Assembly: GCF_001194135.2 (NCBI RefSeq)
Contig: NC_068986.1
Coordinates: 64,698,712-64,748,318 of the forward strand
DNA from: Octopus bimaculoides
Taxonomy: Eukaryota
Reading direction: 5' to 3'
DNA: 49,607 nucleotides
Position 1 is the first letter of the stretch. Each line of letters begins with the position of its first letter. The position numbers and the translations under genes were made by a program. Shown here piece by piece: positions 46,393 to 49,607 of the stretch. The notes beneath the pieces are model-generated. The model ran no database searches. It was given only the letters and a program-made list of their open reading frames with translations, and was not told where the DNA came from.

Positions 46393-47131
46393 NNNNNNNN
46401 NNNNNNNNNNNNNNNNNNNNNNNNNNNNNNNNNNNNNNNNNNNNNNNNNNNNNNNNNNNNNNNNNNNNNNNNNNNNNNNNNNNNNNNNNNNNNNNNNNNN
46501 NNNNNNNNNNNNNNNNNNNNNNNNNNNNNNNNNNNNNNNNNNNNNNNNNNNNNNNNNNNNNNNNNNNNNNNNNNNNNNNNNNNNNNNNNNNNNNNNNNNN
46601 NNNNNNNNNNNNNNNNNNNNNNNNNNNNNNNNNNNNNNNNNNNNNNNNNNNNNNNNNNNNNNNNNNNNNNNNNNNNNNNNNNNNNNNNNNNNNNNNNNNN
46701 NNNNNNNNNNNNNNNNNNNNNNNNNNNNNNNNNNNNNNNNNNNNNNNNNNNNNNNNNNNNNNNNNNNNNNNNNNNNNNNNNNNNNNNNNNNNNNNNNNNN
46801 NNNNNNNNNNNNNNNNNNNNNNNNNNNNNNNNNNNNNNNNNNNNNNNNNNNNNNNNNNNNNNNNNNNNNNNNNNNNNNNNNNNNNNNNNNNNNNNNNNNN
46901 NNNNNNNNNNNNNNNNNNNNNNNNNNNNNNNNNNNNNNNNNNNNNNNNNNNNNNNNNNNNNNNNNNNNNNNNNNNNNNNNNNNNNNNNNNNNNNNNNNNN
47001 NNNNNNNNNNNNNNNNNNNNNNNNNNNNNNNNNNNNNNNNNNNNNNNNNNNNNNNNNNNNNNNNNNNNNNNNNNNNNNNNNNNNNNNNNNNNNNNNNNNN
47101 NNNNNNNNNNNNNNNNNNNNNNNNNNNNNNN

Positions 47132-47442
47132 TATGCTGAGACCTCCTTCGGTCATGGCTGACCATGGGATTGCACCTAGAATGTTACCCTCCCAAGCACA
47201 AGTCCGGGCAAGGTTCTTTTATGAGAGACCAGTAGTGGCCACCAGTGTTATCCAAGGGAAAGGCAAAGGCCGATACAGCTTGGCACATGTGACGTTGCAA
47301 CTCATTTCTACAGCTAAGTGAACTAGAGCAACGTGGAATAAAGTCTCTTGCTCAAGAACACAACACGCAGCCCGGCCGGGATTCGAACTCACAACCTCAC
47401 GATCGTAAGCTCGACGCTCTAACTACTGAGCCAAGCGCCTTC

Positions 47443-47444
<2 letters not shown>
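47132..47444 (-). mobile_element. tRNA-derived SINE (family D); 3' end in the gap
   Basis: Head GGCGCTTGGCTCAGTAGTTAGAGCG..GAGTTCGAATCCC followed by TGTGTTCTTGAGCAAGAGACTT. Confidence 0.85.
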
Positions 47445-47494
<50 letters not shown>

Positions 47495-48084
47495 CTATAT
47501 GTATATGCACGTTTAAATTTTTAGAAACAAGTATTCGATACTAAATGTAGAGTAAATACATGCTGTATTGATGAGATTACTTTTTGTTAACACACAGTTT
47601 TACGTACGTCGCAGATTACGTAACTCGCCTACGATGTGTGAGTTTTATAACAGCAGTAATCGGATGGAAAAATATAGCACTTAACATATTTGCTGTAAAT
47701 TGCTCTTTCCTTCTTCCCTCCTTCCCACCTCTCTCTCTGTTATGTATGTGTATACATATATATGTACATAGTTACATAAATACATAGATACATACATACT
47801 TACATATATATATACATAAAATCTATATATGTGCGTATACATATACGTATGTATATATATATATATTTATAGACACACACATATAGTTATTAGTAAGGGA
47901 TTATCAGTCCGGGCAAAATATTGTTTAGATGAGTTTAGATTGTTTAGATGAGTAAAGAACTCTGCGTATTCTTGTGATGGGGCCCGAGGTTACAGTTTTA
48001 TATATTCCATATAGTAATGTTGTAAATCCATGCTTGTGTTTCAGTTATACTGGTTTTTACACAGAGAAGGAATGTAAAAACCAT

Positions 48085-48098
48085 CATTTATGCCTTGT

Positions 48099-48146
<48 letters not shown>

Positions 48147-48791
48147 CATGCATGTATAAAAGACAAAAAGAGTGAAAAAACTCCAGAAGGCTTGTGTTAT
48201 ATGGTTTAAGTATATATTTAAATCGTTATGTTAGAAAAATGTTATAAAATTTTGAGTATAGTAACATTGCTTTTGGAGAAATAACTGGTTTCGTATTTTC
48301 TTTTCAAATTTCTCAAATTTCTTTACCGATATCGTATCATGTCTTCGCTATGGTATAAAATATGGAGTTCCAGGGATTTTTCCTGTATAAGGGAGATAAT
48401 CAAAAATGTTGGGGATGACTAGGTTTGAACAATTTAATATGATTTGGTTTAGAAGGAATAGAATGTTACAAGTGGTTAGGTCNNNNNNNNNNNNNNNNNN
48501 NNNNNNNNNNNNNNNNNNNNNNNNNNNNNNNNNNNNNNNNNNNNNNNNNNNNNNNNNNNNNNNNNNNNNNNNNNNNNNNNNNNNNNNNNNNNNNNNNNNN
48601 NNNNNNNNNNNNNNNNNNNNNNNNNNNNNNNNNNNNNNNNNNNNNNNNNNNNNNNNNNNNNNNNNNNNNNNNNNNNNNNNNNNNNNNNNNNNNNNNNNNN
48701 NNNNNNNNNNNNNNNNNNNNNNNNNNNNNNNNNNNNNNNNNNNNNNNNNNNNNNNNNNNNNNNNNNNNNNNNNNNNNCATTTATGCCTTGT

Positions 48792-48839
<48 letters not shown>

Positions 48840-49175
48840 CATGCATGTATAAAAGACAAAAAGAGTGAAAAAACTCCAGAAGGCTTGTGTTATATGGTTT
48901 AAGTATATATTTAAATCGTTATGTTAGAAAAATGTTATAAAATTTTGAGTATAGTAACATTGCTTTTGGAGAAATAACTGGTTTCGTATTTTCTTTTCAA
49001 ATTTCTCAAATTTCTTTACCGATATCGTATCATGTCTTCGCTATGGTATAAAATATGGAGTTCCAGGGATTTTTCCTGTATAAGGGAGATAATCAAAAAT
49101 GTTGGGGATGACTAGGTTTGAACAATTTAATATGATTTGGTTTAGAAGGAATAGAATGTTACAAGTGGTTAGGTC
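48085..49175. repeat. 398-bp exact direct duplication flanking the gap (48085-48482 = 48778-49175); probable assembly artefact
   Basis: Identical length and sequence, including the (TA)n count, on either side of N 48483-48777. Confidence 0.85.
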
Positions 49176-49490
49176 TTGCTTTATATACTTTTCAATGAGG
49201 TGAGTTTCCTTATTCAAAAATGTTAGAAATGGTTAAGTTTTGGCTTATATTTTTCAATGAAAAAGGTTTCCTTTTTTAATCTAATCTGTGTTGGTGTTCC
49301 AATGGTACATTGATAGAATGGAAAGATTACAAACTGTGGTAGCATTTGTTTTGCACATTTCTCAATATGTTCACTAAAGGGTATCATTCTGTATTTTGGA
49401 AATGCAATCTGCTGTCGATGCAGAGTGCATTCTTTTCTCAGACTTTTCTCTCCAGTTCACTTGAGTTGTGTAGTTAGTAGAATGGGAATG
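48850..49490 (-). mobile_element. Penelope-like element C, 3' fragment (GIY-YIG C-terminus + 3' region)
   Basis: The minus strand translates CTLHRQQIAFPKYRMIPFSEHIEKC..FVIFPFYQC..KKETFFIEKYKPKLNHF* (stop 49223-49225); homologous to 45870-46076. Confidence 0.82.
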
Positions 49491-49607
49491 TTATAAACTT
49501 TTTCTGACAATATGCGTGTACATACATACATACATACAAACATACATATATACATACATACGTATATATATATATATACATATGTATATGTATATGTATA
49601 TACATAT

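Noticed and set aside
48085-49175. 398-bp perfect direct repeat as a biological tandem duplication or LTR pair
   Set aside because: It is 100% identical, including microsatellite length, and flanks an N gap, which is typical of an unmerged contig overlap.

Overview
Eukaryotic, AT-rich, repeat-dominated non-coding window from a gapped draft assembly (19 N-gaps, most flanked by microsatellites). The SINE families and microsatellite profile suggest an Octopus-like cephalopod (inference, not checked by search). There is no intact protein-coding gene, rRNA, true tRNA or CRISPR array. Nearly all ORFs in the track are microsatellite/N artefacts or fragments of decayed transposons. Recognisable content: a near full-length decayed RTE LINE (+, ~1.2-4.5 kb); four R4/Dong-clade restriction-like-endonuclease LINE pieces (all -, one near full length at 22.4-25.8 kb); several Penelope-like element (PLE) pieces with RT/GIY-YIG motifs plus pseudo-LTR-like ends; a CR1-type 3' fragment; Tc1/mariner elements and MITEs; Helitron/Helentron-type pieces; and many tRNA-derived SINEs. 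Most interesting: (1) two long palindromes (14.4-14.6 kb, 30.7-30.8 kb) whose arms read as head-to-head hammerhead-ribozyme-like cores with compensatory position 3-8 changes (G3-C8 and U3-A8), suggesting PLE-terminus-derived foldback elements; (2) an RTE insertion with the geometry of a twin-priming 5' inversion; (3) a CpG-rich, motif-dense promoter-like island at ~11.7-12.2 kb. All family assignments rest on manual motif recognition, and boundaries are approximate unless stated.
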